From positions 31,558,001 through 31,622,000 of the forward strand of contig NC_043003.1 in assembly GCF_006345805.1 (NCBI RefSeq): a stretch of 64,000 nt of DNA, in the 5' to 3' direction. A program made the position numbers and the translations under genes. The DNA is from Octopus sinensis (lineage: Eukaryota). The notes under the pieces were generated by a model, which did no database searches, had not been told where the DNA came from, and saw only the letters and a program-made list of their open reading frames with translations. Shown one piece after another: positions 12,955 to 26,429 of the stretch (its first letter is position 1; the number at the start of each line of letters is the position of its first letter).

Positions 12955-14784
12955 TACATTAATTTTTATATTTTCATTAATTTATTTTTCGTGTATTTAA
13001 ACAAATCTTTTATACATACGCCACGGAGATTTGCAGCTTTCCACATGCATATCCAGTGAAAGAAGAAACCCTATAGAGTTATAGCATCTGGAAGCCGATA
13101 CTCGAAGAGGATGTTTGGGAATAAGCTTATATATTTAAAATAATCCACACAGTACAATATACATCTAGAAGAAAATGTCTGTTTGTCAATTTGTATGTGA
13201 CTCTATAAAGCTGTGCTGAATTGGTTACGATTACTTTTTCGACCATGATTATAATTAGTGTATTCAAAGAAATGTCTGTCCTCACGGAGTTGCTTCTATG
13301 GAAGAAAACAGACTATTATTATCATTTATTACATTCCTTGTTACATTTCTTGCAATTGGTGATACTTTTGTTACTATCCTTATTCTGGAAAGTGTTTGAA
13401 GGCGATTTCTCTTTGACTTGACGCACCTGCTTGTGACAATATTTAATTTCTCTTAGTTATTTACATTAACAAAAGAAGAGGTGAATTTGTCAAACATGAC
13501 TTAGCGCGAATGTGTGTGTGAATGTCTGTGTGCATGCGTGTGTGTGTTTGCCTGTGCATATATGCATATACGAGAGTATATATATATATATATATACGTG
13601 CGTGTCCATGTGTGTATGTATATGCGTGTTTCTATGTATTCTGTATGAAGACGAAAATATATTGTTGATTGTTAGTTCTTTGTGTGTTCTTTTTTTTTCA
13701 ATCTAGAAATCCATTTCAATACAAGATAATTCATGATAACATTGCTATCAAACATAATCCTTTGGAAATACAACTAGTAAATACGATCTTCCGAGTACTG
13801 CGAACAGTTGCCCAATAATTCCAGGATTCGCAAACTCTATCTGATCTAAACAAATTGGAGATGTCAATATAATAAGTAAAAAGAATTGGAAAAAAAAAAT
13901 TAAAGATATACATTTGTATTGTTGAAAAAATAGTTGTTTTCCTCCGAAAGAATTGTAGGAATATATGCTGATAATTATTTTCAGATTAATATCCCGTAAG
14001 AGAAGCTGACTGAAAGATATCAAAGAACTTGCTTTAGACTAGAAGTATGTTAACTGTTGCATTTTCATTTGTGTTATTGGATAAATTGCTTTGAAAGTAA
14101 GGCATCAGGAAAAAGTGTTATTGCAGTACATAGAGAAGAAATATAAACAACAGTGCCTGATTTATTTAAAATTTTCTGTAGATCAATAGCATTTTCACCA
14201 GAGAGGAAGCAATGTTTGTTGCGGTAGTCTTAGGGGTTTTGGAGCATTGGTTGACGTCATGAAAGAGACAAGAAATAATTAGCCTGACGTAAGCCTGCAA
14301 TTTTAAATGGTAGTGATGTTAGGAAATTAAGCCCACAAACACACACACATATATACACACACGCACACTCACACACACACACACAATGCGTAGGTGAAAG
14401 CGGAATAAGAATATAGACAAACCAGAGTAGTGCTCAAATGGATGGGAACGAAAACTCAAACTCTTCATCCAGTGCCGGTACCTCTGCATGAAAAGTTAGC
14501 TATGAAAATACTCCTTCTGGAACACATATATACATATGTGTGTTTGTGTGTGAGTGTGTGTGTGTGTGTGTGTGTTGTGTGTGTGTGTTTATCAGTAAAA
14601 GTATATTCATTTCGTCTGGCTATATATGGCTTATCAAGTGCAGGTACTACATTCGTAGTAGATACGAGTCATGCGACAAAAGGCTGTTTGTAGCTGATTA
14701 TGAAACATACTAAGAGGATCAGGTGCAACGCTACACCTATATTGATCAATAATAATTCCAACACTTAATTGATGGACATATAGT

Positions 14785-14998
14785 TATTTCTTTATTGCCT
14801 ACAAAGGGCTAAACATAGAAGGGAAAGCAAGGACAGAAAAAGGGATTAAGTCGATTACATCGATCCCAGAGCGTAACTGGTACTTATTCAATCGACCCCG
14901 ATGGGATGAAAGGCAAAGTAGACCTCGACGGAATTTGAACTCAGAACGTAGTGGAAGACGAAATACCTATTTCTTTACTACCCACAAGAGGCTAAACA
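14785..14998 (-). mobile_element. Family-A SINE fragment
   Basis: Matches 40964-41200 in reverse. Confidence 0.8.
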
Positions 14999-15018
14999 TA
15001 TTTTGTCTAGAACGGTGT

Positions 15019-15056
<38 letters not shown>

Positions 15057-15057
15057 G

Positions 15058-15595
15058 AGTGAGAGAGCAGTTCATGCCATCAAAGTGACACTGGGGTAAA
15101 ATATACGAAGCCCAATATACCCATCATGACTACCCGTCTGATAAGGGTACACCAGGCACATGCATCACAACCATATATGCGCGACATGGTGATCTCATAT
15201 CAAGATAAACAGCACATGACCTTGCAGGTGGGGGCTCAGAATTTTCTTCAGGTTGAGTAACCCATCCCGCTCAAAAGGTCCCTGAATAAGGGTTGTTTAA
15301 GGATGTTGAAAGAACCACCCATGTTTCCAGAGGTGAATTATTCAAACCCCAAAGAATCCCTCTCAACACATGGCTATGATGCTCCCTCACTACTTCTGCA
15401 CATATCGTCAGCCACTAGGGGACATGCTCAACTGGTTAAGGTCAAACAACTGACAAGCAAATCTGTGGTATTGAGCAGAATATTTGTTGTAGCCCATCTT
15501 TTATACCAAGACAAAACAATGTACATGATAACACTTCCAGTCAGTTAAGATCAGAAGCCATGAGAGCCACTGTCTGGTACTGCATTAGGGCATTT
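15058..15595 (-). mobile_element. ~540-bp non-coding element embedded in (TAA)n; putative non-autonomous R4/Dong-mobilised element
   Basis: Flanked by (ATT)n on both sides. A 23-bp terminal copy lies at 15708-15730 and an opposite-orientation partial copy at 23107-23268; both also adjoin (TAA)n. Confidence 0.7.
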
Positions 15596-15635
15596 ATTAT
15601 TATTGTTATTATTATTATTATTGTTATTATTATTA

Positions 15636-15706
<71 letters not shown>

Positions 15707-15729
15707 GAGTGAGAGAGCAGTTCATGCCA

Positions 15730-15780
<51 letters not shown>

Positions 15781-16077
15781 TATTATTATTATTATTATCT
15801 TAAACACATCCTTTAGATTCTCATGTTATAGTTTCACTGCACATATACACTTGCATACACATTGATATATTTTAAAAAAAATTTTTTGTCTCTCTCACTA
15901 TTGTTATTGTTGATATCATTATTTTCCCCGTTGACATCTTGATTTGTAAATTATCCAATTTCCCTTATTACACCATCTGTGTTCTCTTATTGTATCGTAT
16001 TTTATTTTCATTTTATTTCATTTTTTATCTCATTTTATTTCATCTTTATTAAACTTTTTGAAGTTCTTCAAAAGATT

Positions 16078-16225
16078 CCTCACTGATGAGAATAACAATG
16101 CATAAATTAAATTATATATTTATTTTTATTTTTAATTTTAATCTTTTATTTTCAATTATAATTATAATCACTATGATTCAATTTTTTCTTACATTTTTGC
16201 ATTGTTTTCGAAACGTATGTATGCC
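16078..16225 (+). ncRNA. Degenerate type-I hammerhead ribozyme motif with long stem II
   Basis: CTGATGA (16083), stem II gaataacaatgca/tgcattgttttc around an AT-rich loop, GAAA (16210), cgtatg, TA. Stem I has only 2 bp. Confidence 0.5.
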
Positions 16226-16324
16226 TCGAATTCAGTCTTATAATATATCTATTCCTGTTTCAACATCTTTTCTCTATTTTTATACCTGTTTTTGGTATAT
16301 TGTTATACCTATAACGAATGTCCT

Positions 16325-16418
<94 letters not shown>

Positions 16419-17088
16419 AACACATTTATACGACAATGTTTTATACAGTTTCCGCCTAACAAATTCTCTCAGAATGTATTGTTCGGGCCGCACCAATAGT
16501 AGAACACACATAAGTTACCACGCACTGAGACTCAGCCCGAAACTAGGTGATTTCAAAGCAAGCTTTTTAACCACATAATCAATTTAGCTTACTCTTTTGA
16601 AACAATATTTTATGAAAACATTATCGAAGACTTCAAGCCTTCGTTTCGAATCAACTTTCACGCTGCCATCACTGCGTTACACGTGCGGCGTGATATGCAT
16701 TCAGATTCAATACCCTATCTGTTATAAATTAAGGTATACAATTAGTCGAGTCGTTAGCAGGTAATCCTTCCGTTTGTAGGTGCTCCACTTTCAAATCCTG
16801 CTCAAGTCATCGTTGTTTCTCGTCATGTGGTGATCTATAAATAAATTTCTGTTACACCACTGAGATAAATTCTTCTTCAACTGCTGTTTCTTACTCGTTG
16901 TCTGTCAGTCCACGGTTTCTGAAAAGCAGAAAAAAAAGGTCGACCGTGGTCAGATATTCACTGGGCTGTGCATGGCCTAAAAAAACAGATGCCCATGAAT
17001 ATTTGTTTACTCCACTTATGTACTGTACCATGGCTAGCGATTGCTGGATTACGACTGGGCCCAGCCTGCTTACTTTTTACTGAACCTG

Positions 17089-17126
<38 letters not shown>

Positions 17127-17129
17127 GTA

Positions 17130-17375
17130 AACATACGACGGGCTTCTTTCAGTTTCCGTCAAAAAATTCGCTTACAAAACTTTGGAAACCCGGTGGTAGA
17201 GTAGAAGAAACTTACCCAAGGTGCCGCGTAGTGAGACTAGACCGGAAACAACGTGGTGACAAGTCTCAGTCCTACCACGCGGCACCTTGAGTCGGTGTCT
17301 TCTACTTTCACTCTGGAACGACCATAGACATATGAGAGATTTTGTTGGAGGAAATTTGAAAGAATTGCCTGTATT
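17130..17375. mobile_element. Two degenerate family-B SINE fragments in opposite orientation
   Basis: cgacgggcttctttcagtttccgtc..cttacccaaggtgccgcg (-), then cagtcctaccacgcggcaccttgag..gtgtcttctact (+). Confidence 0.65.
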
Positions 17376-17857
17376 ATTTTGCTTCTATATTCAAAAGTTA
17401 TAAATAACAGTTTCAGCTAACCTCTGATCCAATATGTTTTTGCCATTTGTATATTTATTTCCGTTGTATATATGATTTCACGCTGTAAATGGTATTTTAT
17501 AGCCAATTTTACAATAATTTAGTGTTATTTCGGGATTTTATCAAATTTCTTTTTGTTGAGTGATGCATTTTTTTTTCATATTTGCTATGTTTTGCACCGC
17601 TGTTTCCAAATAATTGAAATTTATTCTATTTCTACATTCGTTGCAAATGTTCTTTTTTGAAGATAACAGTAAATTATTTTTGAGCAATATATAATGCATC
17701 GGCGAATGACTATGAACTAGACAAAATATCCCGGCGGGAAGACGACATGTAAACAAATTTTTCGCTTGAAACCATATCTTACAAGCGACTATCAAATTAT
17801 ATCCCCGCAACCTCTTTGATGTTTGTGTGTGTATGTGTGTATTTGCGTGTACGTGTC

Positions 17858-17987
<130 letters not shown>

Positions 17988-17994
17988 TCATTTC

Positions 17995-18335
17995 TATCAT
18001 AGGCACAAGGCTTGAGATTTGTGGGAGTGAGATAGACGATTACATCGACGCCAATACTCAATTAGTACTTAATTTATCGACCCCGAAAGGATGAAATGTA
18101 AAGTAGACCTCGGCGCAATTTAAACCCAGAACGTAGCGACAGTTGAAATACCTCTGAGCGTTTCCTCCAGCGTGCTAACAATTCTGCCAGCTCACCGCCG
18201 TTTTTTTCCTTTTTGGTGCATAATTTATTGACCCCCATAGGATGAAAGACAAAGTCGACCTCAGAATGTAGAAGCAGACGAAATATAGCTAAGGATTTTG
18301 CCCAGCGTGCAAACGATTCTGCCAACTCGCCGCCT
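17995..18335 (-). mobile_element. Two family-A SINE copies
   Basis: Two units ending in aattctgccagctcaccgcc and ttctgccaactcgccgcc. Confidence 0.8.
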
Positions 18336-18351
18336 TATAATAATAATAATG

Positions 18352-18419
<68 letters not shown>

Positions 18420-18421
<2 letters not shown>

Positions 18422-20568
18422 GGCATTTACTGCAGTGATATCGCAAAGGTTGAACAAGCACCTGGACGAAAACAAACTGCTCCCAGAAGAGCAGAAAGGA
18501 TGCCGCAAAGGCTCATGTGGCTGTAAAGATCAACTAATGATTAATAAAGCCATAACTGAAGACACCCACAGAAAGAAGAAAGTCCTCAGTATGGCCTGGA
18601 TTGACTACAAAAAGGCGTTTGATAGCATCCCCCACACATGGATCCTCGAAACACTAGCCATTAACAAAGTAGCACCAACAATCATAAAATTCATAGGGCA
18701 CTCTATGAATAAATGGCAAACAGTGCTACACCTCCAAACAAAAGAGGGACTCATGAAAACCAAAGACATCCCCATTAGAAGAGGAATATTCCAGGGAGAC
18801 ACGCTCTCTCCACTCCTTTTCTGCTTGGCACTGTCACCTCTATCTGATATACGAAATAGAACTGGATGCGGATATAAATGTTACGGCAAAACGATCAGCC
18901 ACCTTTTATATATGGATGACCTAAAACTATACGCTGCAAATGACAAAAAGCTGGAAACACTATTAAAGACAGTTCATGGATTTACCAAAGAAATAGATAT
19001 GAAATTTGGATTAGAAAAATGCGCCAAAATGACCATGAAAAGAGGAAAACTAGTTAAGAGTAGCAACATCACACTAGATAAAACCAATGAAATAAAAGAA
19101 TTAGACCAAAGCCAAACTTACAAATACTTAGGAATCCATGAACTAGATAAGACACAACACACACAAATGAAAGAGAAAATAAAAAAAGAATATTATAGAC
19201 GAGTCAGATCAATACTGAAAACAGAGCTCAATGCTAAAAACAAGATAATAGGTATTAACACTTTAGCTGTCCCAGTTATAAGTTACAGCTACAATATCCT
19301 TAACTGGACACGAAATGAACTGACCAAAATAGATAGGAAAACAAGAAAAATAATGACAGGATCTAGGATGCATCACCCAAAATCTGACATAGAAAGACTA
19401 TATATACAACGTATAGAAGGTGGTAGAGGCCTTATACAACTGGAAAACTACTATAAAATAACCACCATAGGACTGCAAAAATATCTACTTCAGAAGGAAG
19501 GAAAACTGATACAAATAGCGGCAAAACACGAGCAAAACAAAAAATTATTCTCAGTATTTAAGGAAGCTGACAAATACAAACAAGAAATCATACCACCTAA
19601 TAAATATGAAGAAGAAGAAGAAGAAGAAGATGAAGAAACAACAAAAGCTATAAAACAAATGAAATCCAAACTAAAAATAGAACAGCAACGAACCATGATA
19701 AAACGATGGCAAGAAAAGCCCCTTCATGGTAAATACTGGACTAAACTAAACGCAAAAGAAATAGACAAAGAAAAATCCCAGCAATGGTTGAGAAGCTCAG
19801 GACTCAAAGCAGAAACAGAGGGATTTTTAATTGCAGCACAAGACCAAAGCCTCCCCACCAGAAATTACCAAAAACATGTAATGAAAAGAAATATTACAAG
19901 TAACTGCAGAATATGTGGAGATGGACAAGAAACAATAAATCATATTATCTCTAGCTGCCCAGTCCTGGCTAAGAAGGAATATATTCACAGACATGACAGA
20001 GTTGGAACCTACATACACTGGAAGCTATGCCAACATTATGGAATAACAACAGAAAAAAGATGGTATAGGCACACACCAGAAAAGGTCACAGAAAACGAGA
20101 AAGCAACCATACTGTGGGATATGCCGATACACACAGATAGAGAAATTAAGGCCAACAGACCAGATATAGTTGTCAGAGATCATGAAGAAAAAAAATGCTT
20201 TCTAATTGATGTATGAATACCGGCAGATGACAACGTGTCTCTAAAAGAAATGGAGAAACTCTCAAAATACAAAGACTTGGAAATAGAGGTAACTAGAATG
20301 TGGAATCTGAAAACAGAAACAATTCCTATCATAGTAGGTGCATTAGGCATGATAAAAAAATATTCAGACAAATACATTACAAAAACACCAGGACTTACAA
20401 ACACATATAACATACAGAAAATTGCACTACTAGGCACTGCACACATCCTACGCAGAACACTTTCCATACAATAACCATCAGAGCATCACAACAAATCACA
20501 GCACATACCCAAGGCACACAGAGCTGCGCTCGGTAGTGAAGTGAAAGCACGCTATAAAAATAAAACTA

Positions 20569-20570
<2 letters not shown>
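18420..20570 (+). mobile_element. Young, 5'-truncated R4/Dong-clade non-LTR retrotransposon inserted in (TAA)n
   Basis: (AAT)n on both flanks (18337-18419 and 20571-20765). RT, CCHC and RLE domains, with a ~95-bp 3'UTR. Dong elements are established (TAA)n-targeting R4-clade elements. Confidence 0.92.
18435..20474 (+). pseudogene. R4/Dong ORF (reverse transcriptase, CCHC zinc finger, restriction-like endonuclease); one in-frame TGA at 20214-20216
   Basis: EQKGC, WIDYKKAFDS, GIFQGDTLSP, LLYMDDLKLY, YKYLG; CRICGDGQETINHIISSC; RHD; RPDIVV..IDV*..KE.EKLSKY; IPIIVGALG. The 593-aa and 79-aa ORFs are in the same frame. Confidence 0.92.
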
Positions 20571-20606
<36 letters not shown>

Positions 20607-20616
20607 CAACAACAAC

Positions 20617-20751
<135 letters not shown>

Positions 20752-20774
20752 GTAATAATAATAATAAGAAGAAA

Positions 20775-23014
20775 ACAGTTTTGAGGCATTGTAAAAACAC
20801 CATACAAACATGTCTATGGCTTGGATTGACTTTAAGAAGGCATATGATATGATGCCTCATTCTTGGATCGTTGAATGCCTGCAGATGTTTGGTGTTGCTG
20901 ACAACATTACAAATTTTCTGATGCAGAGCATGAAAGAGTGGAAAACCAAGTTTTACTCAAGTAATATATTCCTTGGAGAAGTTGATATTAAAAGGGGAAT
21001 CTTCCAAGGTAACTCGTTTTCTCTGTCACTTTTTGTAATTGCAATAATGTTCATAACAATTACACTTAGGAAAGTTAAGATAGGTTACCGAAAGGCGCAG
21101 GAGTGGCTGTGTGGTAAGTAGCTTGCTAACGAACCACATGCTTCCGGGTTCAGTCCCACTGCGTGGCACTTTGGGCAAGTGTCTTCTGCTATAGCCCCGT
21201 GCCGACCAATGCCTTGTGAGTGGATTTGGTAGACGGAAACTGAAAGAAGCCTGTAGTATATATGTATATATGTATGTATGTGTGTGTGTTTGCGTATCTG
21301 TGTTTGTCCCCCTAGCATTGCTTGACAACCGATGCTGGTGTGTTTATATCCCCGTCACTTAGCGGTTCAGCGAAAGAAACCGATAGAATAAGTACTGGGC
21401 TTACAAAGAATAAGTCCCGGATCCGATTTGCTCGACTAAAGGCGGTGCTCCAGCATGGCGGCAGTCAAATGACTGAAACAAGTAAAAGAGAAAGAGAAAG
21501 AGAATTGGGAAGGAAAGCCCGTCATTGAACCAACTTCCGTTTATGGATGACCTAAAATTGTTTGCGAAATCTGAAAAACAGATAGAAGTGTGGTAGGCAC
21601 ATCGGTATAGAATTTGGGATTACCAAATGCTCAGTATTTAATATGAAAACAGGGAAGAAAACAGCCTGCATACGATTGCGGTTGCAGTCGGGAGAGACCA
21701 TGGGTGAACCCAACGGTAGTGGGTATACATATTTTGGGATTTTGGAGCAGGATGACTTTCTACACAGAGAAATGGAAGTCAAGATCAGCGAGGCGTATCA
21801 AAAATGGGTGAAGATGGTGTTGAAATCCAACCTGAATGCCAAAAATTTGATTACCGTAATGAATATCTTGCACTTGCGGTGGTCAGATATAGTGCATCCA
21901 TCCTCAAATCGGCTAAGGAAGAAATATCAACACTAGATTGAAAAACGAGAAAATTGATGACGCTGCTCGGAGCGCTACAACGTAAACAGACTTTATATGA
22001 AAAGAAAGAATGGTGGCAGAGTATAATTAGTATAGACCATTGTATAAGGAGTGAAAGGAGAACGCTTGCCGAGTATTTGATGAATATTGAGGAAGACCTG
22101 CTGCAAAATGCCGCGAAACATATGGGTGTATATGCGGATGAAGGGATGGGCAACGAAGAGTTTAACCAAAGAGCTGAGCAGAAGAGAAAAGATGTTGAAA
22201 TGAGAATGCATGGACAGTTTGAAAACAATACACAGGTTGTTAAGGATAATACAACATCGTGGGCATGGTTTGAACGAGGTGATTTTGAAGCGTACCACCG
22301 GAAGCCTGATAATTGCTGCAAAGGACCGGGGTCTCGCTACTAATTCAATGGAATATAACATCTATAAAACTTTTGACACCCAGAAATACAGACTCTGTGG
22401 AAAGAGTGTGGAAAATGTGACCCACTTGGTAAGGGATGTGAGAGCCTTGTAGAAAAAGAATACAAGGTCTGCCACGTTAGTGTGTGTGTATCTTCATTGG
22501 CCCTTATACCGGAAATACCAATAAGAAATATGAGCATGTACCAGTTAAAGGTCTGCAGGGGGATGGAAATGTAACAATATTCTAAGACTATGCTTTTCAG
22601 ACGGCTCGTGTAATCGAACACCGTCGGCTGGATATTGTCATATTGAGTAAGAGAGACAAAAACTGTCATTTCATTAAAGTAACCATACCAAATCACATGA
22701 ATGTTGTGGGTAAAGAGGTTGAAAATCCCCAAGTATTCCGAATTGAAAGTGGAAATGGCAAGGCTGTATAGAATGCGAGAGTGAAATGTAAACGTGATGC
22801 CAGTGGAGATCGAAGCGTTGAACTCAATCCCATTGAAACTTCAAGACTTCTTAAGGCAACTGGAAATCCCAGGTAAGATTGATGTCTTGCAAAAAGCAGC
22901 CTTCTTGAGCACAGGGCAAACCTTAAGGAAAGTATTATCTGCCTGCGGTCCTTGTTATGATTTGACAGAAGACTAAATACTCTTGTACATTTTTACCTAC
23001 ACCGTGTTACGAAG

Positions 23015-23015
<1 letters not shown>
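20775..23015 (+). mobile_element. Second, older R4/Dong-type LINE in tandem, interrupted by a SINE
   Basis: MSMAWIDFKKAYD, RGIFQG, FMDDLKLF, YTYFGILE, MHGQFE, YRLCGKSVENVTHLV, RLDIVIL, LQKAAFLSTGQTLRKVLS. (AAT)n lies on both sides. Confidence 0.88.
21094..21502 (+). mobile_element. Full-length family-B tRNA-derived SINE
   Basis: ggcgcaggagtggctgtgtggtaagtagcttgct..gggttcagtcccactgcgtggcactttgggcaagtgtcttc...gactgaaacaagtaaaagag tail. Confidence 0.9.
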
Positions 23016-23089
<74 letters not shown>

Positions 23090-23106
23090 TAACAATAATA
23101 ATAATA

Positions 23107-23268
23107 GCCCTGATGCAGTACCAGGCAGTGGCTCTCGTGGCTTCTGATCTTACTGATTGGAAGTGTTATCATGTACATTGTTTTGTCTTGGTATAAAAGA
23201 TGGGCTACAGCAAATACTCTGCTCAATACCATAGATGTGCTTGTCAGTGTTTAACCTTAACCAGTTGT
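23107..23268 (+). mobile_element. Partial copy of the 15058-15595 element
   Basis: gccctgatgcagtaccaggcagtggctctc... is the reverse complement of ~15430-15591, and follows (AAT)n. Confidence 0.85.
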
Positions 23269-23564
23269 ATTTATCATCAGAGTGAGAAATCAACACAAAA
23301 AAGAATCACTTCATAATAATCGAATAAGCATAGGTAGACTCATTGGAGGCAATCCGTTCATCTACCCATCTTCCCCTGTGGTATGTTGGGTTACCGGAGA
23401 CTGCCCCGAATATACCAGCAAGTTTTATCGAAGTGAAGTGATGTGGTCAAGGTCAAAATGCAAAGTCCGATCCCGTCATCGAAACCACGAACTTGTAATC
23501 GTGAGTCTAAAACTCTAGTGATTAAACCATACGCCTTCGTATTTGTACATACTCACCTAGATGT

Positions 23565-23572
23565 GTATATAA

Positions 23573-23645
<73 letters not shown>

Positions 23646-23652
23646 TATACAT

Positions 23653-23716
<64 letters not shown>

Positions 23717-23762
23717 ATATATATATCCTTTGCATCCTGTTTTTCTTTTGATAAATATACAT

Positions 23763-23835
<73 letters not shown>
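23565..23835. repeat. (TA)n microsatellite
   Basis: Directly visible. Confidence 0.95.
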
Positions 23836-23838
<3 letters not shown>

Positions 23839-25975
23839 AGTAGGTGAATGAATTATCCTATGTTTATCGTCAGCATGGAAAATTCGTTTAACCGAACCTG
23901 GGTAGCAAATTCACGTCAGAAAACACGGTTGAAGCGACCTGTCAAGGGTAGAAACTCCGGGTCCATGTGTAGAAATTTGTGTGTTGTATATGAATAAATG
24001 AAAGAATGGAGTCGAACGAAGATGTTAACAAAATTCCTTTACTCTCGACACATGTTTCGAAGACAGCAGTTTTCATTCCACAGGAATAAAGGGTGCATTA
24101 TGCAATCTTCTCATCAGGAAAGAAAGGTAGCCTCTCTCGACAACAAGACAAACAAAAATTTCGATGATTGCCTACATGGTAAACAAAGCGATAATGAGTG
24201 TTTTTTTTTTAAAAACCGTTAGAAGAATTGACGTCAAAAATAGATAGTAGGAAGAGAAGGGATAAAGTAATAATAGGTAGGGAACAGTATGTTTGCTGTA
24301 TGCATGGAAATGTGTGGGTGGGTGCTTGTGTTAATGAGTGCGTGTGTTTGTGTGTGTGTATGTGTGTGTGTATAACTGCATTTGTGTTTGTGTGTGTGAT
24401 TGTGTGTGAGAGAGAGACAGACGTCAAAGATAGATAGTAGGAAGAGAAGGTATAAAGGAATAATATGTAGGGAACAAGTGGAGAGGGAAGGGTACGTTGA
24501 TTGAAAGAATGTTCGAAGGCTTAGGAAAGAATTTCTCTATAGCAGTGGGATGGACGTAAAGCTAACTGTTCAAACCACAGTGACTATCGTTATCATTTAT
24601 ATGAGTAGAAAGTGTGTTTCTGCCAGTGTTTACATTTGTACGATTTTTCTATGAGTGTGTTTACTAGAGGAACCTTAGAGAAAATAATATGGAAGAGTTC
24701 AGAGTTACAAATGTTACAAAATCTCCTGCCCTTATCAAAACGAAAGGATACAGACAGTATGAACCAATCTAACTTGAAAATTATATTGTTGTCTTTAAGA
24801 CGCCAAACTAATTTACTTAGCCGTGTGCTATGTCGTTTTTACTATCCCTGAATGTTGAGCAGTGGTTTGAAATTCTTTTGGATAACTGGGAAGTGGACGC
24901 TCCTATATAGAAGAAGACATCGGTACCGGAAGAAATTCTACACTGGTAAATAGAATTCTTAATCTTAGAATTACTAGACAAAAATTTAATTCTGTTGGGG
25001 TTGTCCTCCGAGATCGAGACGAAGTTTTTATTGTTATGATTGTTGTTACTATTATTATTAGCGCTAACAACTACACTATTTCTATTATTATTAGTATTAT
25101 TAATGGTATTGTGGGAAGATATAATTTGTGAAAGATTCCTAGTGTTAGAGAAAGCTATTCTGACCTTGTGGGAATTGATAATAGAATGATATCTAGAATT
25201 TCTGGGAAAGTTCCTAGCAACGGCTTCACGGAACTGTAAGGGAAGGTTCGATTTAATTTGTTTTCCGAAGGGTATTACAAACCAGATACAGTTTTTTGTG
25301 GCCTTTGAATTGTTCTTAGTGTTATTTGTGATAGTAAAGGGAAAATTTTTGGGTTGGAAATTTGGCGTTGCATGGCGCTTACCTCCCCTAGTCCGTAAAG
25401 AATTTATTTTATGTACAGGGTTGCTGGCACTATTAGAATTGAAATCATTATTCCTATTACGAATAACTTTACTATCTGGAGAAGCAGATGTTGGTTTAGA
25501 ATGAGCTGGGTCGATGTATGACACTTTCTCCTTCTAACCGGCTCTTGACAAAGCGGCGTTATAGAAGTCTGCCTTTTGGTTAAAGATGTCGATATTAGCA
25601 GATAATTTGGACAGTCTCTGACATATGTTTTTAAATAAATTATCGGTAATTGGCTTGGCATGATTACTGAAAATGCTGATATACTTAAGATTAGTGGAAA
25701 GTTTATGATAAGGGAAGTATGAGTTATTCTGCAGATCGAGAGTAATGTCTAAGAAGTTGGCTTTAGTTAATTCATCGTCAAAAACTATGCGCAAGCCCAT
25801 TGTACTAAAAAACCTAACTAATCTGTTCTTAAACTTCTGTATTTTTTGGTTCGAAATGTTTTGGAGGTAAAGCAGACAATCGTCGCGATAAAGACCTCCA
25901 CAGATGTCCGGGAATTGGTCGGCCATATCATAAAGAATATAATTCCGACCAAATCGGCTATCTACTCCATTCTTT
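23836..25975 (-). mobile_element. 5'-truncated Penelope-like element (RT C-terminal half, GIY-YIG endonuclease, 3' pLTR with hammerhead), bounded by (TA)n
   Basis: GGLYRDDCL, NFLDITLDL, YHK..YISIFSNH; WFVIPF; IYQCRI..FYIGASTSQLSKRISNH..STALSKLVWRLKD..CNICNSE..CKH. Frameshifts present. Confidence 0.88.
24036..24127 (-). ncRNA. Type-I hammerhead ribozyme of the Penelope pLTR
   Basis: Minus strand: CCTTTCTTTC-CTGATGA-GAAGA...TCTTC-GAAA-CATGTG-TC-GAGAGTAAAGG. Full core, 10-bp stem I with one bulge, GUC cleavage triplet. Confidence 0.85.
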
Positions 25976-25976
25976 C

Positions 25977-26055
<79 letters not shown>

Positions 26056-26429
26056 GTGTGTGTGTGTGTGTGTGTAGAAGACGATAAGATACAGTGTCTG
26101 TGGTTGTCTTAAGTCTAAATTGGTTGGGGAGGAAATCTAGTAGTCACTGCTTATGTCCGTTCGGGCTAAGGTCAGTGGCTGTAGAGTTATGCTTATGTAG
26201 GTAGTCAAGAAAGGAAGACCTAGTTGAATGTTAAATAATTCATGAGTGGGTGTAAGAGTTAGGGGATTTATATTCGGGGATTTATTGGGTTAATGTTTAA
26301 ACATAAGTGTGATGCGGTAAGGTAGATAGAAGAGAATCAAGATATAAGGTAGAAATAATAGTTACAGAGATATAGTAGAGCTATGTGTCAATGATCATAG
26401 GGGTTTGTATGTGGATACTATTAGTGGGT

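Noticed and set aside
13315-13430. Possible minus-strand terminal exon VRQVKEKSPSNTFQNKD..CKKCNKECNK*
   Set aside because: Weak acceptor and no recognisable homology.
24231-24478. ~55-bp direct repeat around a (GT)-rich tract
   Set aside because: Simple local duplication inside the Penelope 3' region; no independent function evident.
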